Shown here in pieces: positions 27,451-37,961 of a DNA stretch of 64,000 bases (position 1 is its first letter; the number at the start of each line of letters is the position of its first letter). The notes beneath the pieces are model-generated. The model was not told the origin of the DNA, ran no database searches, and saw only the letters and a list, made by a program, of their open reading frames with translations. The translations under genes were made by a program, and so were the position numbers. The stretch lies in NCBI RefSeq assembly GCF_003334785.1, contig NZ_QOWV01000018.1; one strand, written 5' to 3'. The stretch comes from Escherichia coli (GTDB lineage: Bacteria; Pseudomonadota; Gammaproteobacteria; Enterobacterales; Enterobacteriaceae).

Positions 27451-29286
27451 CTACTCTTCGTCATCGCCATCAACATGCGCACGAATCAGCGCCATAAACG
27501 GTTTGCCAAAGCGTTCCAGCTTGCGCATCCCAACGCCGTTAACGCTGAGCATTTCGCTGGCGGTGATCGGCATCTGTTCAGCCATCTCAATCAAGGTTGC
27601 GTCGTTAAACACCACGTACGGCGGGACATTACTTTCATCGGCTATCGATTTACGCAGTTTGCGTAATTTGGCGAACAGTTTGCGATCATAGTTGCCGCCG
27701 AACGATTTCTGCATCGCTTTCGGTTTGAGCGCCACGATACGCGGCACGGCAAGTTGCAAAGAGGATTCGCCGCGCAGCACCGGGCGCGCGGCCTCTGTCA
27801 GTTGTAGGGCAGAATGCTGGGCAATATTTTGCGTCACCAGGCCGAGGTGAATCAGCTGGCGGATCACGCTCACCCAATGTTCATGGCTTTTATCACGGCC
27901 CATGCCATAGACTTTCAGTTTGTCATGACCATAGTCGCGGATACGCTGGTTATTAGCACCACGAATCACTTCCACCACATAACCCATCCCAAACCGCTGA
28001 TTCACACGACCAATGGTGGAAAGGGCAATCTGAGCATCGGTTGAACCGTCGTACTGTTTCGGCGGATCGAGGCAGATATCGCAGTTCCCGCACGGCTCCT
28101 GACGCCCTTCGCCAAAATAGTTCAGCAATACCAGACGACGGCAAGTTTGCGCTTCGGCAAACGCGCCCATCGCATTGAGTTTGTGGCGCTCGATATCCTG
28201 CAACTGCCCCTGCGGCTTCTCTTCCAGACAACGGCGCAGCCACGCCATATCAGCCGGATCGTAAAACAGCATCGCTTCCGCGGGCAGGCCATCACGCCCG
28301 GCGCGTCCGGTTTCCTGATAATAGGATTCGATATTGCGCGGAATATCAAAGTGGACCACGAAGCGAACGTTTGGTTTATTGATGCCCATGCCGAACGCCA
28401 CCGTCGCCACCACAATTTGCAGGTCATCGCGCTGGAATTTTTCCTGCACATCGGCGCGAACATTATTTTCCAGCCCGGCATGATAGGCCGCCGCGCTAAT
28501 TCCCTTGCTTTGCAGGCGCGCAGCGGTGTCTTCTACTTTCGCGCGGCTGTTGCAGTAGATAATGCCTGACTTACCGCGCTGTTCCTGCACGTAGCGCATC
28601 AACTGATCGAGCGGTTTGAACTTCTCCATCAGCATGTAGCGAATATTCGGACGGTCAAAACTGCTGATTTGAATCAGCGGATCGTTCAGCCCCAGCAGGC
28701 GCACGATATCCTGGCGCGTGGTGTCGTCGGCTGTGGCGGTCAGCGCCATAAACGGCAGCGTCGGGAACCGCTGGCGCAACTGACCGAGCGCGGCATATTC
28801 CGGGCGGAAATCGTGGCCCCATTGGGAGATACAGTGCGCTTCATCAACGGCTAATAACACCGGATTCCAGTGCGCCAGATGCTCAAGAAAGTTATCCAGC
28901 ATCAGGCGTTCCGGGGCGATATAAAGCAGACGAATTTGCCCGGTGCGGCAGCCTGTCATCACTTCAAGTTGCTGTTCGCGGGTTTGCGTCGAGTTAAGGC
29001 ACGCCGCCGCCACGCCGTTGGCTTGCAGTTGATCCACCTGATCTTTCATCAACGAAATCAGCGGTGAAACAACCACGGTAAGGCCGTTTAGCAATAAGGC
29101 AGGGATTTGATAGCAAAGGGATTTTCCGCCACCAGTGGGCATGACGACGAGGCAATCGCGGCCGGAAAGCACAGTGTCGATAATTTCTTCCTGGCCGGGG
29201 CGAAACTGTTGGTAGCCAAAGGTTTCTTGTAAAACCTGTTTAGCTCCGGACTCCAGATTCAACACTTCCGCCTGCGCCACATTCAC
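27451..29286 (-). CDS. recQ: ATP-dependent DNA helicase RecQ (609-611 aa)
   Basis: ORF 27451..29286 ([32 protein letters not shown]...). The 609-aa form I recall would start at the GTG two codons in (29280). DEAH box and RecQ C-terminal/HRDC regions recognised. Confidence 0.93.
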   Translation of the reverse strand: MNVAQAEVLNLESGAKQVLQETFGYQQFRPGQEEIIDTVLSGRDCLVVMPTGGGKSLCYQIPALLLNGLTVVVSPLISLMKDQVDQLQANGVAAACLNSTQTREQQLEVMTGCRTGQIRLLYIAPERLMLDNFLEHLAHWNPVLLAVDEAHCISQWGHDFRPEYAALGQLRQRFPTLPFMALTATADDTTRQDIVRLLGLNDPLIQISSFDRPNIRYMLMEKFKPLDQLMRYVQEQRGKSGIIYCNSRAKVEDTAARLQSKGISAAAYHAGLENNVRADVQEKFQRDDLQIVVATVAFGMGINKPNVRFVVHFDIPRNIESYYQETGRAGRDGLPAEAMLFYDPADMAWLRRCLEEKPQGQLQDIERHKLNAMGAFAEAQTCRRLVLLNYFGEGRQEPCGNCDICLDPPKQYDGSTDAQIALSTIGRVNQRFGMGYVVEVIRGANNQRIRDYGHDKLKVYGMGRDKSHEHWVSVIRQLIHLGLVTQNIAQHSALQLTEAARPVLRGESSLQLAVPRIVALKPKAMQKSFGGNYDRKLFAKLRKLRKSIADESNVPPYVVFNDATLIEMAEQMPITASEMLSVNGVGMRKLERFGKPFMALIRAHVDGDDEE

Positions 29287-29300
29287 CCCGATTGCCTGAA

Positions 29301-29329
29301 ATAAAAACAGGCGCTATTTTCAGCGCCTG
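29301..29329 (-). terminator. Rho-independent terminator downstream of pldA
   Basis: On the minus strand, hairpin gcaggcgctgaaaatagcgcctg followed by tttttattt (plus-strand A-run 29301..29307). Confidence 0.7.
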
Positions 29330-29412
29330 CGCGAGAAACTGCAATGCTTTTAGTCTCTGAGAGGGTAATCCTGGATGCTGGATTCCAGATTTGCCAACCA
29401 CTCAACCGTTCA

Positions 29413-30282
29413 TCAAAACAAATCGTTTAGCATAACCCCCACACCGACACGGGTCTGGTTGAAGTTATAGTCGATGAGCGATTCGCCATAGCCGCTGTAA
29501 ACCTGAGTATAAAGGCGCACATGTTTGGTGATCGGGTAACTTAAGCCTAACTCCGCGCCGCCGTAGCCGGTGTTCCAGTTGTACTGTCCTTTCGCACTGA
29601 GCACCGCATCACCGAGGTGATAGCCGATTTTAAGCTGGTAGTAACCCATATATTTGGTGATATCCGGGTTATCGTCAGTATTACCCACCACATACCACGG
29701 CTTCACTTCTACCAGCCAGTTACCGTTTTCTGCCATCAGGCGAGTATAAAGGCGGTTCCAGCTGCGGGAGGTCGGGTCGGAACGCCCGTTAGAGTCGTGG
29801 TTATACCCCATCTCCACATCGCGCAGCGTCCAACCTGCAAAACGGTAATCGGTGGCAAAACCGAGGAACAATTGCGGTTCGTAGTTGGTTTCACGAAACG
29901 GTGAAGACTCTTCGCTATTGGACAGTTGCCACCAGGATTTTTGCGTATAAGACGCACCCAACACCGAGTTCGGGCCTAAAATCCCACGCCACAGCGGAAA
30001 TGCCAGGCTCAACTGAAACTTTACTTCATCCTTACGCGCATTTTCCGCCCAGTCGTAACTGGCAATCGCTTCTTTATTCAGATCGCTGGTTTGGGTGTAA
30101 ATGAGGTAGTTGGTGTCATAAGGATAGAGCGTGAACGGATTGTCATGCTCCTGCAGCATATTGGCGATAATACTGCCACGCACCGCTGGCGCGTCATGCA
30201 CCTCTTTCACCGTTGCCTCTTGTGCATATACTGCCATAGGCAACATAAACACCGGCAACAACCAGCCCTGCAGAGTCCGCAT
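29413..30282 (-). CDS. pldA: Outer membrane phospholipase A (289 aa)
   Basis: ORF 29413..30282; signal peptide MRTLQGWLLPVFMLPMAVYA, C-terminal beta-barrel ending ...GVGVMLNDLF. Confidence 0.93.
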   Translation of the reverse strand: MRTLQGWLLPVFMLPMAVYAQEATVKEVHDAPAVRGSIIANMLQEHDNPFTLYPYDTNYLIYTQTSDLNKEAIASYDWAENARKDEVKFQLSLAFPLWRGILGPNSVLGASYTQKSWWQLSNSEESSPFRETNYEPQLFLGFATDYRFAGWTLRDVEMGYNHDSNGRSDPTSRSWNRLYTRLMAENGNWLVEVKPWYVVGNTDDNPDITKYMGYYQLKIGYHLGDAVLSAKGQYNWNTGYGGAELGLSYPITKHVRLYTQVYSGYGESLIDYNFNQTRVGVGVMLNDLF

Positions 30283-30446
30283 CGGTCGTGTTCTCCGTAA
30301 CGAATTATTGATAAGGTGAATATTTTTCTGCGGGCTATTTTACATACTTAACTCCATAGCCGTTAGTTATCCCTTCCTAAAGTAGAAACCAACAACAAAG
30401 AAGCATAAAATCAACATTTCATTAACCAATGAAGTGTAAGGATGAT

Positions 30447-30914
30447 ATGTCTGCCGTACTGACCGCTGAACAAGCCCTGAAATTAGTGGGTGAGATGTTT
30501 GTTTATCACATGCCATTTAACCGCGCATTGGGGATGGAACTGGAGCGTTACGAAAAAGAGTTCGCACAGCTGGCCTTTAAAAATCAGCCAATGATGGTGG
30601 GCAACTGGGCGCAAAGCATTTTGCACGGCGGGGTCATTGCGTCGGCGCTGGATGTCGCCGCCGGTCTGGTGTGCGTGGGAAGTACCTTAACCCGCCACGA
30701 AACCATCAGTGAAGATGAACTACGCCAGCGGCTATCGCGGATGGGGACCATTGATCTTCGCGTTGATTATCTGCGCCCAGGCAGGGGCGAGCGTTTTACT
30801 GCTACTAGTAGCCTGTTGCGTGCAGGCAATAAAGTCGCCGTCGCCCGCGTTGAATTACACAATGAAGAACAGCTTTATATTGCCAGTGCCACCGCCACCT
30901 ATATGGTAGGTTGA
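30447..30914 (+). CDS. yigI: Hotdog-fold (4HBT/PaaI-like) acyl-CoA thioesterase (155 aa)
   Basis: The ORF track opens at 30429 ([10 protein letters not shown]...); I take the start as [36 protein letters not shown] at 30447. Confidence 0.85.
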   Translation: MSAVLTAEQALKLVGEMFVYHMPFNRALGMELERYEKEFAQLAFKNQPMMVGNWAQSILHGGVIASALDVAAGLVCVGSTLTRHETISEDELRQRLSRMGTIDLRVDYLRPGRGERFTATSSLLRAGNKVAVARVELHNEEQLYIASATATYMVG

Positions 30915-30965
30915 AGACATAAAAGCAGGTAAACTGCTGTTACCAATTAAAAATGAGTATTCCCG

Positions 30966-31856
30966 ATGGATGCAAAACAAACGCGGCAGGGCGTATTACT
31001 CGCTCTTGCCGCTTATTTTATTTGGGGTATAGCGCCAGCGTACTTCAAGTTGATTTACTACGTGCCCGCCGATGAAATCCTGACGCATCGCGTGATCTGG
31101 TCGTTTTTCTTTATGGTGGTGCTGATGAGCATTTGCCGCCAGTGGTCCTATTTAAAAACGCTGATTCAGACGCCACAGAAAATTTTTATGCTGGCAGTCT
31201 CTGCCGTGCTGATTGGTGGCAACTGGCTACTGTTTATCTGGGCGGTGAACAATCACCATATGCTGGAAGCGAGCCTTGGTTACTTTATTAACCCGCTGGT
31301 GAACATTGTGCTGGGGATGATTTTCCTCGGCGAGCGATTCCGCCGGATGCAATGGCTGGCGGTGATTCTGGCGATATGTGGCGTGTTAGTCCAGCTGTGG
31401 ACTTTTGGTTCGCTACCTATTATCGCGCTGGGACTGGCATTTAGTTTTGCCTTCTACGGTCTGGTACGCAAGAAGATTGCCGTTGAAGCGCAAACCGGCA
31501 TGTTAATCGAAACCATGTGGCTGCTGCCCGTGGCGGCAATTTACCTGTTTGCTATTGCCGACAGCTCAACCAGCCATATGGGGCAAAACCCGATGTCGCT
31601 GAATTTACTGCTGATCGCCGCCGGTATTGTCACTACCGTACCGCTGTTGTGTTTTACCGCCGCTGCCACGCGCTTGCGTCTCTCAACGTTAGGCTTTTTC
31701 CAGTACATTGGCCCGACGCTGATGTTCCTGCTGGCTGTGACGTTTTATGGTGAAAAACCGGGTGCCGATAAGATGGTGACTTTCGCCTTTATTTGGGTGG
31801 CGCTGGCAATTTTTGTGATGGATGCGATTTATACGCAGCGTAGAACGTCCAAATAA
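30966..31856 (+). CDS. rarD: EamA/DMT-family transporter RarD (296 aa)
   Basis: ORF 30966..31856; MDAKQTRQGVLLALAAYFIWGIAPAYFKLIYYVPADEILTHRVIWSFFFM... Confidence 0.92.
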   Translation: MDAKQTRQGVLLALAAYFIWGIAPAYFKLIYYVPADEILTHRVIWSFFFMVVLMSICRQWSYLKTLIQTPQKIFMLAVSAVLIGGNWLLFIWAVNNHHMLEASLGYFINPLVNIVLGMIFLGERFRRMQWLAVILAICGVLVQLWTFGSLPIIALGLAFSFAFYGLVRKKIAVEAQTGMLIETMWLLPVAAIYLFAIADSSTSHMGQNPMSLNLLLIAAGIVTTVPLLCFTAAATRLRLSTLGFFQYIGPTLMFLLAVTFYGEKPGADKMVTFAFIWVALAIFVMDAIYTQRRTSK

Positions 31857-31950
31857 AAAATAAATATATTCTGAAAAAATATGCCGACTCTTGCATGAGA
31901 GTGGGCATATTGCCATGCTGACCGGAGACTCATACAAGGATGTAAAATTT

Positions 31951-32331
31951 ATGTTACGTATATTTATCCCAACATCTAACGGTAAGATTTCCAGACGTCG
32001 TTATATATTTTCATTTATTTTAATAAATTTCATTTTTGCCTTTCTTATTATCTTTTTTAACGATGGAGAAGCAGGCTTTCTTGTTATAGTCTCTACCATC
32101 GTACTCCATTATCTCGTCATCAACATGAATTGCCAGCGACTCCGTGATAGTGGTTTCATCTATATAAAAACTTATGTTTTTGGTACATTAGCAGTATATA
32201 TCATCTCTATCATCACAATGATAGCCGAAGATTTTGCCTGTTCAGGCAATGGTTCGATGATTTTTTTGATTTGTTATTTTTCCACTTTCAGTATGCTAAT
32301 GCTTGCACCTACTGATTCATCAAAACAATAG
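31951..32331 (+). CDS. yigG: Small inner-membrane protein YigG, function unknown (126 aa)
   Basis: Start taken at the internal ATG 31951 ([20 protein letters not shown]...); the ORF track opens at 31891. Two or three hydrophobic segments; markedly AT-rich coding sequence. Confidence 0.75.
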
Positions 32332-32344
32332 TTATGGAGTATTT

Positions 32345-32725
32345 ATGAGTAAGGAATATATGAACGATGGTTCATTAAGTGAAAAATGGAAATACCGATT
32401 TAATTTTTATGATCAACATGGTTTTCCTGGATTCTGGGGGGCAACACCAGAATATAAAGCAGCATTTAAAGCATTAAAAGTAAGACAACGCTTAACTATT
32501 CAAATGAATTTCATTGCTTTCTTCTGTTCCTGGATATATTTATTTGTCCTGGGGTTATGGAAAAAAGCAATTATAGTTCTATTACTTGGTATTCTATCTC
32601 TATTTGTTGGTGCACTAATTGGCGTTAACATTCTGGGAATTGCCGTAGCAGCCTATGTTGCTGTTAACACGAACAAATGGTTCTATGAGAAAGAGGTAAA
32701 AGGGTTAAATACCTGGAGCCTTTGA
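32345..32725 (+). CDS. yigF: Small membrane protein YigF (DUF2628-like), function unknown (126 aa)
   Basis: Start taken at ATG 32345 (MSKEYMNDGSLSEKWKYRFNFYDQHGFPGFWG...), preceded by ggagt; the ORF track opens at 32303. AT-rich; C-terminal hydrophobic segments. Confidence 0.75.
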   Translation: MSKEYMNDGSLSEKWKYRFNFYDQHGFPGFWGATPEYKAAFKALKVRQRLTIQMNFIAFFCSWIYLFVLGLWKKAIIVLLLGILSLFVGALIGVNILGIAVAAYVAVNTNKWFYEKEVKGLNTWSL

Positions 32726-32731
32726 ATAACA

Positions 32732-32769
32732 GGTGGCTTAGCCAGACTAAGCCACCGCTCTCGTTTTTT
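32732..32769. terminator. Stem-loop terminator between convergent yigF and corA
   Basis: Hairpin ggtggcttag-ccaga-ctaagccacc (32732..32756), then gctctcg and T6 on the plus strand; overlaps the corA stop. Confidence 0.65.
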
Positions 32770-33718
32770 ACAACCAGTTCTTCCGCTTAAAGTACAGATA
32801 CGGTGCCAGGCCCGCGAGGATCATAAAGATAATCGCGCCAGGGTAGCCGAAGCTCCACTTCAGTTCTGGCATAAACTCAAAGTTCATGCCATAGCTGGAA
32901 GCAACGAGCGTCGGCGGCAGGAATACCACGGATACCACCGAGAAGATTTTGATGATGCGGTTCTGCTCGATGTTGATAAAACCCATTGCCGCCTGCATCA
33001 GGAAGTTCACCTTCTGGAACAGGGATTCGTTATGCGGCAGCAGGGATTCGATATCTCGCAGGATTTCACGCGCCTGCTCCAGTTGCCCACCCGGTAAACG
33101 CGCTTTACGCACCAGGAAGTTGAGCGCGCGCTGGGTATCCATCAGACACAGGCGAACTTTCCAGCCGATATCTTCCAGTTCCGCCAGAGTGGAGAGCGCC
33201 TCGTCGTACTCATCGCCCTGATGCCCTTCCATAATCACCCGGCTCAACTGCTCCAGGTCGCTATAGATATTTTCAATTTCATCTGCCAACTGTTCGATTT
33301 TGGTTTCGAACAGATCCAGCAGCAACTCGTAGGCGTTACCGTCTACCATCGACTGGCTACGGGCACGCATACGATACAGACGAAAAGCGGGCAGTTCACG
33401 CTCACGCAGAGTAAACAGACGACCATCACGGATGGTAAATGCCACAGTGGAGTTACCGGCGTGATCTTCCGCATCTTCAAAGAAGAAGAAGGAGTGAATA
33501 TGCAGGCCGTCGTCGTCTTCAAAGAAACGTGCCGATGCTTCGATGTCTTCCAGTTCCGGGCGGGTTGCCAGGCTCTGGCCAAGTTCAGATTGTACGCGCA
33601 GTCGCTCGTCGTCGTCCGGTTCGACAAGATCAATCCATACTGCATTTACAAGGGGTTGTGACTCTTCGACTTCCAGCCGGGTCAGTCGGTTATTTTCCAG
33701 TTGAAATGCGCTCAGCAT
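32768..33718 (-). CDS. corA: Magnesium/cobalt transporter CorA (316 aa)
   Basis: The ORF track starts at 33733; the recognised start [20 protein letters not shown] is at 33718. GMN motif present ([11 protein letters not shown]). Confidence 0.93.
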   Translation of the reverse strand: MLSAFQLENNRLTRLEVEESQPLVNAVWIDLVEPDDDERLRVQSELGQSLATRPELEDIEASARFFEDDDGLHIHSFFFFEDAEDHAGNSTVAFTIRDGRLFTLRERELPAFRLYRMRARSQSMVDGNAYELLLDLFETKIEQLADEIENIYSDLEQLSRVIMEGHQGDEYDEALSTLAELEDIGWKVRLCLMDTQRALNFLVRKARLPGGQLEQAREILRDIESLLPHNESLFQKVNFLMQAAMGFINIEQNRIIKIFSVVSVVFLPPTLVASSYGMNFEFMPELKWSFGYPGAIIFMILAGLAPYLYFKRKNWL

Positions 33719-34087
33719 GACCGGGACTCCCAATGCTTAAAATATCGGACAGTTCGGTGGGCACACAGAAACAAATTGGGTTTCAGACCATTAAACAGCC
33801 TGACTCAGCGCGACGGGAAAAATTGAGGTCGCTGACAACCGCTAAGGCTATCAGCAAAAAGGGATAGCCTTAGGAGTTGATCCTGGATGACAGGATAGTG
33901 AGCCAGTATCTACTGGGTGTGTCCAAGGCGAATGTCCTCTTAGAGTGATCGTGCGCGCATGTTACGCCAGCAAAATTTTGCCGTCAACACGCAACAGAAC
34001 ACCACAGAACAATAGTTGAACTTCGCGCTTTTTGGTACTCGTCAAGGTCGCTAACAGGATAAAAAAATCCCACATCCAGGACCTATA

Positions 34088-34852
34088 ATGGCGCATCAGC
34101 TACTCATTGGTAAAGGAATGATCACCTTGAATCTCAAACGGATTTTTCTCGCCCTCACCTTACTTCCCTTGTTTGCTGTTGCCGCTGATGATTGCGCACT
34201 CTCAGATCCGACGCTGACCGTACAGGCGTATACCGTTAATCCTCAAACAGAGCGGGTGAAAATGTACTGGCAAAAAGCCAATGGCGAAGCGTGGGGAACG
34301 TTACATGCTCTGCTGGCGGATATTAATAGTCAGGGTCAGGTGCAGATGGCGATGAACGGCGGCATCTATGATGAAAGCTATGCGCCGCTCGGTTTGTACA
34401 TCGAAAACGGTCAGCAGAAGGTGGCGTTAAATCTCGCTTCAGGTGAAGGGAATTTCTTTATCCGTCCTGGCGGCGTGTTTTATGTCGCGGGAGATAAAGT
34501 CGGCATCGTTCGTCTGGATGCCTTCAAAACCAGTAAAGAGATTCAGTTTGCGGTGCAGTCAGGGCCAATGTTGATGGAAAACGGTGTAATTAATCCGCGT
34601 ATTCATCCCAACGTCGCCTCAAGCAAAATTCGTAACGGTGTTGGGATTAATAAACATGGGAACGCCGTGTTTTTGTTGAGCCAGCAGGCAACAAATTTTT
34701 ATGATTTTGCCTGTTATGCCAAAGCGAAACTGAACGTTGAGCAGCTGCTTTATCTTGATGGCACGATTTCACATATGTATATGAAAGGCGGGGCAATCCC
34801 GTGGCAACGCTATCCTTTTGTCACCATGATTTCCGTCGAGCGGAAAGGTTAA
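34088..34852 (+). CDS. yigE: Secreted/periplasmic protein YigE (DUF2233), function unknown (254 aa)
   Basis: ORF 34088..34852; a hydrophobic signal-like segment LNLKRIFLALTLLPLFAVAADD near the N-terminus. Confidence 0.8.
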   Translation: MAHQLLIGKGMITLNLKRIFLALTLLPLFAVAADDCALSDPTLTVQAYTVNPQTERVKMYWQKANGEAWGTLHALLADINSQGQVQMAMNGGIYDESYAPLGLYIENGQQKVALNLASGEGNFFIRPGGVFYVAGDKVGIVRLDAFKTSKEIQFAVQSGPMLMENGVINPRIHPNVASSKIRNGVGINKHGNAVFLLSQQATNFYDFACYAKAKLNVEQLLYLDGTISHMYMKGGAIPWQRYPFVTMISVERKG

Positions 34853-34891
34853 AACGATAGTTTTGTGTCAGATACTGAAGATGGCGCAGAT

Positions 34892-34995
34892 GCCGGATGC
34901 GGCGTAAACGCCCTATCCGGCCTACATGACGTTGCAATTTATTGAATCTGAATGATTTTTTAGGCCAAATAAGGTGCGCAGCACCGCATCCGGCA
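34892..34995. repeat. RIP-type BIME: two inverted REPs flanking an IHF-like core
   Basis: gccggatgcggcgtaaacgccctatccggcctac (34892..34925), core gcaatttattgaat (34933..34946, approximating the IHF consensus), inverted REP taggccaaataaggtgcgcagcaccgcatccggca (34961..34995). Confidence 0.8.
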
Positions 34996-34998
34996 ACG

Positions 34999-37161
34999 TT
35001 ACACCGACTCCAGCCGGGCGTATGCCGCCACCAGCCATTTAATACCCTGGCCCTGAAATGCCACCTGCAAACGGCTATGCTCACCGCTGCCTTCCATATT
35101 GACAATGGTGCCTTCACCAAACTTAGCGTGGCGTACGCGCTGGCCGAGCTTGTAGCCGCTGTCGTTCTCGACCATCGGCGTACCCATCCGCTGATGGCTG
35201 ACCGGGCGGCTTACCGTGGCGCGCAGGCGCACCTCTTCCACACACTCTTCCGGCAGCTCGCCGATAAAGCGCGACGGGCGATGGTAAACCTCTTTACCAT
35301 ACAGACGGCGGGTTTCCGCGTAGGTCAGCGTCAGTTTCTGCATCGCGCGGGTTACGCCAACGTAGGCCAGACGGCGTTCTTCTTCCAGACGCCCGCCTTC
35401 ATCCAGCGACATCTGGCTTGGGAACATGCCCTCTTCCATACCAACGATAAACACCTGCGGGAACTCCAGGCCTTTCGCCGAGTGTAGCGTCATCAACTGC
35501 ACCGCATCCTGCCAGGTATCCGCCTGCCCTTCACCTGCTTCCAGTGCCGCATGGGAGAGGAACGCCTGCAGCGGCATTAAATCTTCGTCTTCTTCGTTGT
35601 AGCTGAACTGGCGCGTTGCCGTCACCAGTTCCTCTAAGTTTTCGATACGCGTCTGACCTTTTTCGCCCTTCTCCTGCTCATACATGGTACGCAGGCCGGA
35701 GTCTTTAATTACCCGGTCAGTCTGTACATGCAGCGGCATATCGGCAGTTTCCTGCGCTAAGGCGTCGATTAATTCCATAAATCGCTGCAAGGCGCTGGCA
35801 GCTCGCCCGGCGAGGGCTTTTTCCTGCAACAGCTCACGACATGCCTGCCAGAGTGTTAACTGGCGATCGCGCGATGTCTGACGTACCACGTCCAGCGTCC
35901 GGTCACCAATACCCCGCGTTGGCGTATTCACCACACGCTCAAAGGCCGCGTCGTCGTTGCGGTTGGCAATCAGGCGCAGATACGAGAGCGCATCTTTGAT
36001 TTCCTGGCGTTCGAAGAAGCGCATCCCGCCGTAAATACGGTACGGCATACTGGCCTGCAATAACGCCTCTTCGAGCACCCGCGACTGGGCGTTGCTGCGG
36101 TAGAGAATGGCGCACTCGGCAAGCGCTCCGCCGTTGTCCTGCCAGGTTTTGATGCGGTTAACCACAAAACGCGCTTCATCGAGTTCGTTAAAAGCGCAAT
36201 AGAGGGAAATAGGCTCACCGTCCGCGCCATCGGTCCACAGTTTTTTACCCAGACGCCCGTTATTGTTTTCAATCAGGGCGTTAGCGGCGCTCAGAATATT
36301 GCTGGTAGAGCGGTAGTTTTGCTCCAGACGAATAGTTTCGGCACCGGGGAAATCATTAAGGAAACGCTGAATATTCTCCACCTGCGCCCCGCGCCAGCCG
36401 TAGATTGACTGGTCGTCATCACCGACGATCATCACTTTGCCGGTGTCGCCCGCCAGCAGGCGGATCCACGCGTACTGAATGTTGTTGGTATCCTGGAATT
36501 CGTCCACCAGGATATTGGTAAAACGTTCGCGGTAGTGTTGCAGGATATGCGGCTTGTTAAGCCACAACTCGTGAGCGCGCAGCAGCAGCTCGGCGAAGTC
36601 CACCAGGCCCGCGCGGTCACACGCTTCCTGATACGCCTGATACACCTTCTGCCAGGTCTGCTCCACCGGATTACCGTAGCTTTGAATATGATGCGGACGC
36701 AGGCCTTCATCTTTCTGGCTGTTGATGTACCACATTGCCTGCCGCGGCGGCCACTGCTTCTCGTCGAGGTTCATGGCTTTGATCAGACGCTTAAGCAGGC
36801 GTAGCTGGTCTTCACTGTCGAGGATCTGGAAATCCTGCGGCAGATTGGCGTCCATATGGTGCGCACGCAGCAAACGGTGCGCCAGCCCGTGGAAGGTGCC
36901 GACCCACATACCGCCCTGGCTCGTGCCCATCAGTTGCCCGATACGATGACGCATCTCCGCCGCCGCTTTGTTGGTAAACGTCACCGCCATAATCGAGTAT
37001 GGCGAGCAGTTTTCCACGCTCATCAACCAGGCGATACGATGCACCAGTACGCGCGTCTTACCACTGCCCGCGCCCGCCAGCACCAGAAGGTTGCTGCGTG
37101 GCGCGGCCACCGCTTCGCGCTGTTTGTCATTAAGGCTGTCGAGCAGGTAAGAAACGTCCAT
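34999..37161 (-). CDS. uvrD: DNA helicase II UvrD (720 aa)
   Basis: The ORF track extends to 37350 (783 aa); the recognised N-terminus MDVSYLLDSLNDKQREAVAAPRSNLLVLAGAGSGKTRVL (Walker A) starts at the internal Met 37161, downstream of a LexA box. Confidence 0.94.
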   Translation of the reverse strand: MDVSYLLDSLNDKQREAVAAPRSNLLVLAGAGSGKTRVLVHRIAWLMSVENCSPYSIMAVTFTNKAAAEMRHRIGQLMGTSQGGMWVGTFHGLAHRLLRAHHMDANLPQDFQILDSEDQLRLLKRLIKAMNLDEKQWPPRQAMWYINSQKDEGLRPHHIQSYGNPVEQTWQKVYQAYQEACDRAGLVDFAELLLRAHELWLNKPHILQHYRERFTNILVDEFQDTNNIQYAWIRLLAGDTGKVMIVGDDDQSIYGWRGAQVENIQRFLNDFPGAETIRLEQNYRSTSNILSAANALIENNNGRLGKKLWTDGADGEPISLYCAFNELDEARFVVNRIKTWQDNGGALAECAILYRSNAQSRVLEEALLQASMPYRIYGGMRFFERQEIKDALSYLRLIANRNDDAAFERVVNTPTRGIGDRTLDVVRQTSRDRQLTLWQACRELLQEKALAGRAASALQRFMELIDALAQETADMPLHVQTDRVIKDSGLRTMYEQEKGEKGQTRIENLEELVTATRQFSYNEEDEDLMPLQAFLSHAALEAGEGQADTWQDAVQLMTLHSAKGLEFPQVFIVGMEEGMFPSQMSLDEGGRLEEERRLAYVGVTRAMQKLTLTYAETRRLYGKEVYHRPSRFIGELPEECVEEVRLRATVSRPVSHQRMGTPMVENDSGYKLGQRVRHAKFGEGTIVNMEGSGEHSRLQVAFQGQGIKWLVAAYARLESV

Positions 37162-37219
37162 TGGCACCGCCGCGTAAAAATAGGTTGGGCGGAGAAGCGC
37201 AACGCCCTCCGCCAAAAAG

Positions 37220-37235
37220 CTGGGTATATATACAG
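37220..37235 (-). promoter_or_regulatory. LexA (SOS) box in the uvrD promoter
   Basis: Minus strand reads CTGTATATATACCCAG (CTGT-N8-CCAG), about 60 bp upstream of the uvrD start; uvrD is a known SOS gene. Confidence 0.8.
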
Positions 37236-37244
37236 ATTTGCTGA

Positions 37245-37961
37245 TTATATCAGCGAGGTCAGAGATGCCAACCGGGAAATTTCCAGATGCGGCAGTAAAC
37301 GGCTGTCCCAGGTTTGCATCAGATCGCCATTTTCCGGTCTGATCCAACAAGCCTGCATTCCGCTGCGAATTGCCCCACCCACGTCAGTGGTGAGATCGTC
37401 CCCAACATGTAAGATCTCGCCGATCGGCACGTTGAGTTTTTCCGCAGCCAAAAAGTACATATCGCTGAACGGTTTTGAGCGCCCGTGCGGGCCAGCGCGC
37501 AGCACAAACTCAAAATAATCCCCCAAACCAAACAGCTCCGGCTGGGCGTTACCGTTGGTGATCGCCACCAGCGGCCATTTCTTCGCCAGCTGTTTTAAGG
37601 TGTCGTGAGTTTGCTGCGGGACGTCGATTCGGCTGCGCCATTTGGCAAAGTTGATCATTGCTGCGTGTGCGCCTGCACTGGCTTCTTCGGCACTCAGCCC
37701 GGCGTCGAGCATCGCTTGTTCAATCGAACGAAAACGCCAGCGCGTCACGTCGTGATAAATCTCGGGTTCCGCTTCCCGTACCGCCTGGCGCAGGCGTTGC
37801 AGATCTTCATTCTGGAAGCTGCGCAGCGCCGGATGATAATTTTGCACAAAGGTAAGCGCCTCTCGCTCGGTGCGCAAAATCACCGGACGGTTATCGTAAA
37901 GGGTATCATCCAGGTCAAAGGTGAGCGCCGAGATGCGCCCCAAAGGCCGGTAAAAACGCAT
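37245..37961 (-). CDS. yigB: HAD-family phosphatase YigB (238 aa)
   Basis: ORF 37245..37961; [24 protein letters not shown] (HAD motif I). Start overlaps the xerC stop by 1 nt. Confidence 0.88.

Noticed and set aside
37241-37253. Second palindrome ctgattatatcag near the uvrD LexA box
   Set aside because: Its CTGA-N5-TCAG spacing does not fit the LexA CTGT-N8-ACAG architecture, and it overlaps the yigB stop codon; most likely coincidental.
37162-37350. 63-codon in-frame N-terminal extension of uvrD in the ORF track (783 aa versus 720 aa)
   Set aside because: The recognised UvrD N-terminus starts at the internal Met (37161). The extension runs through the LexA operator and promoter and into the 3' end of yigB.
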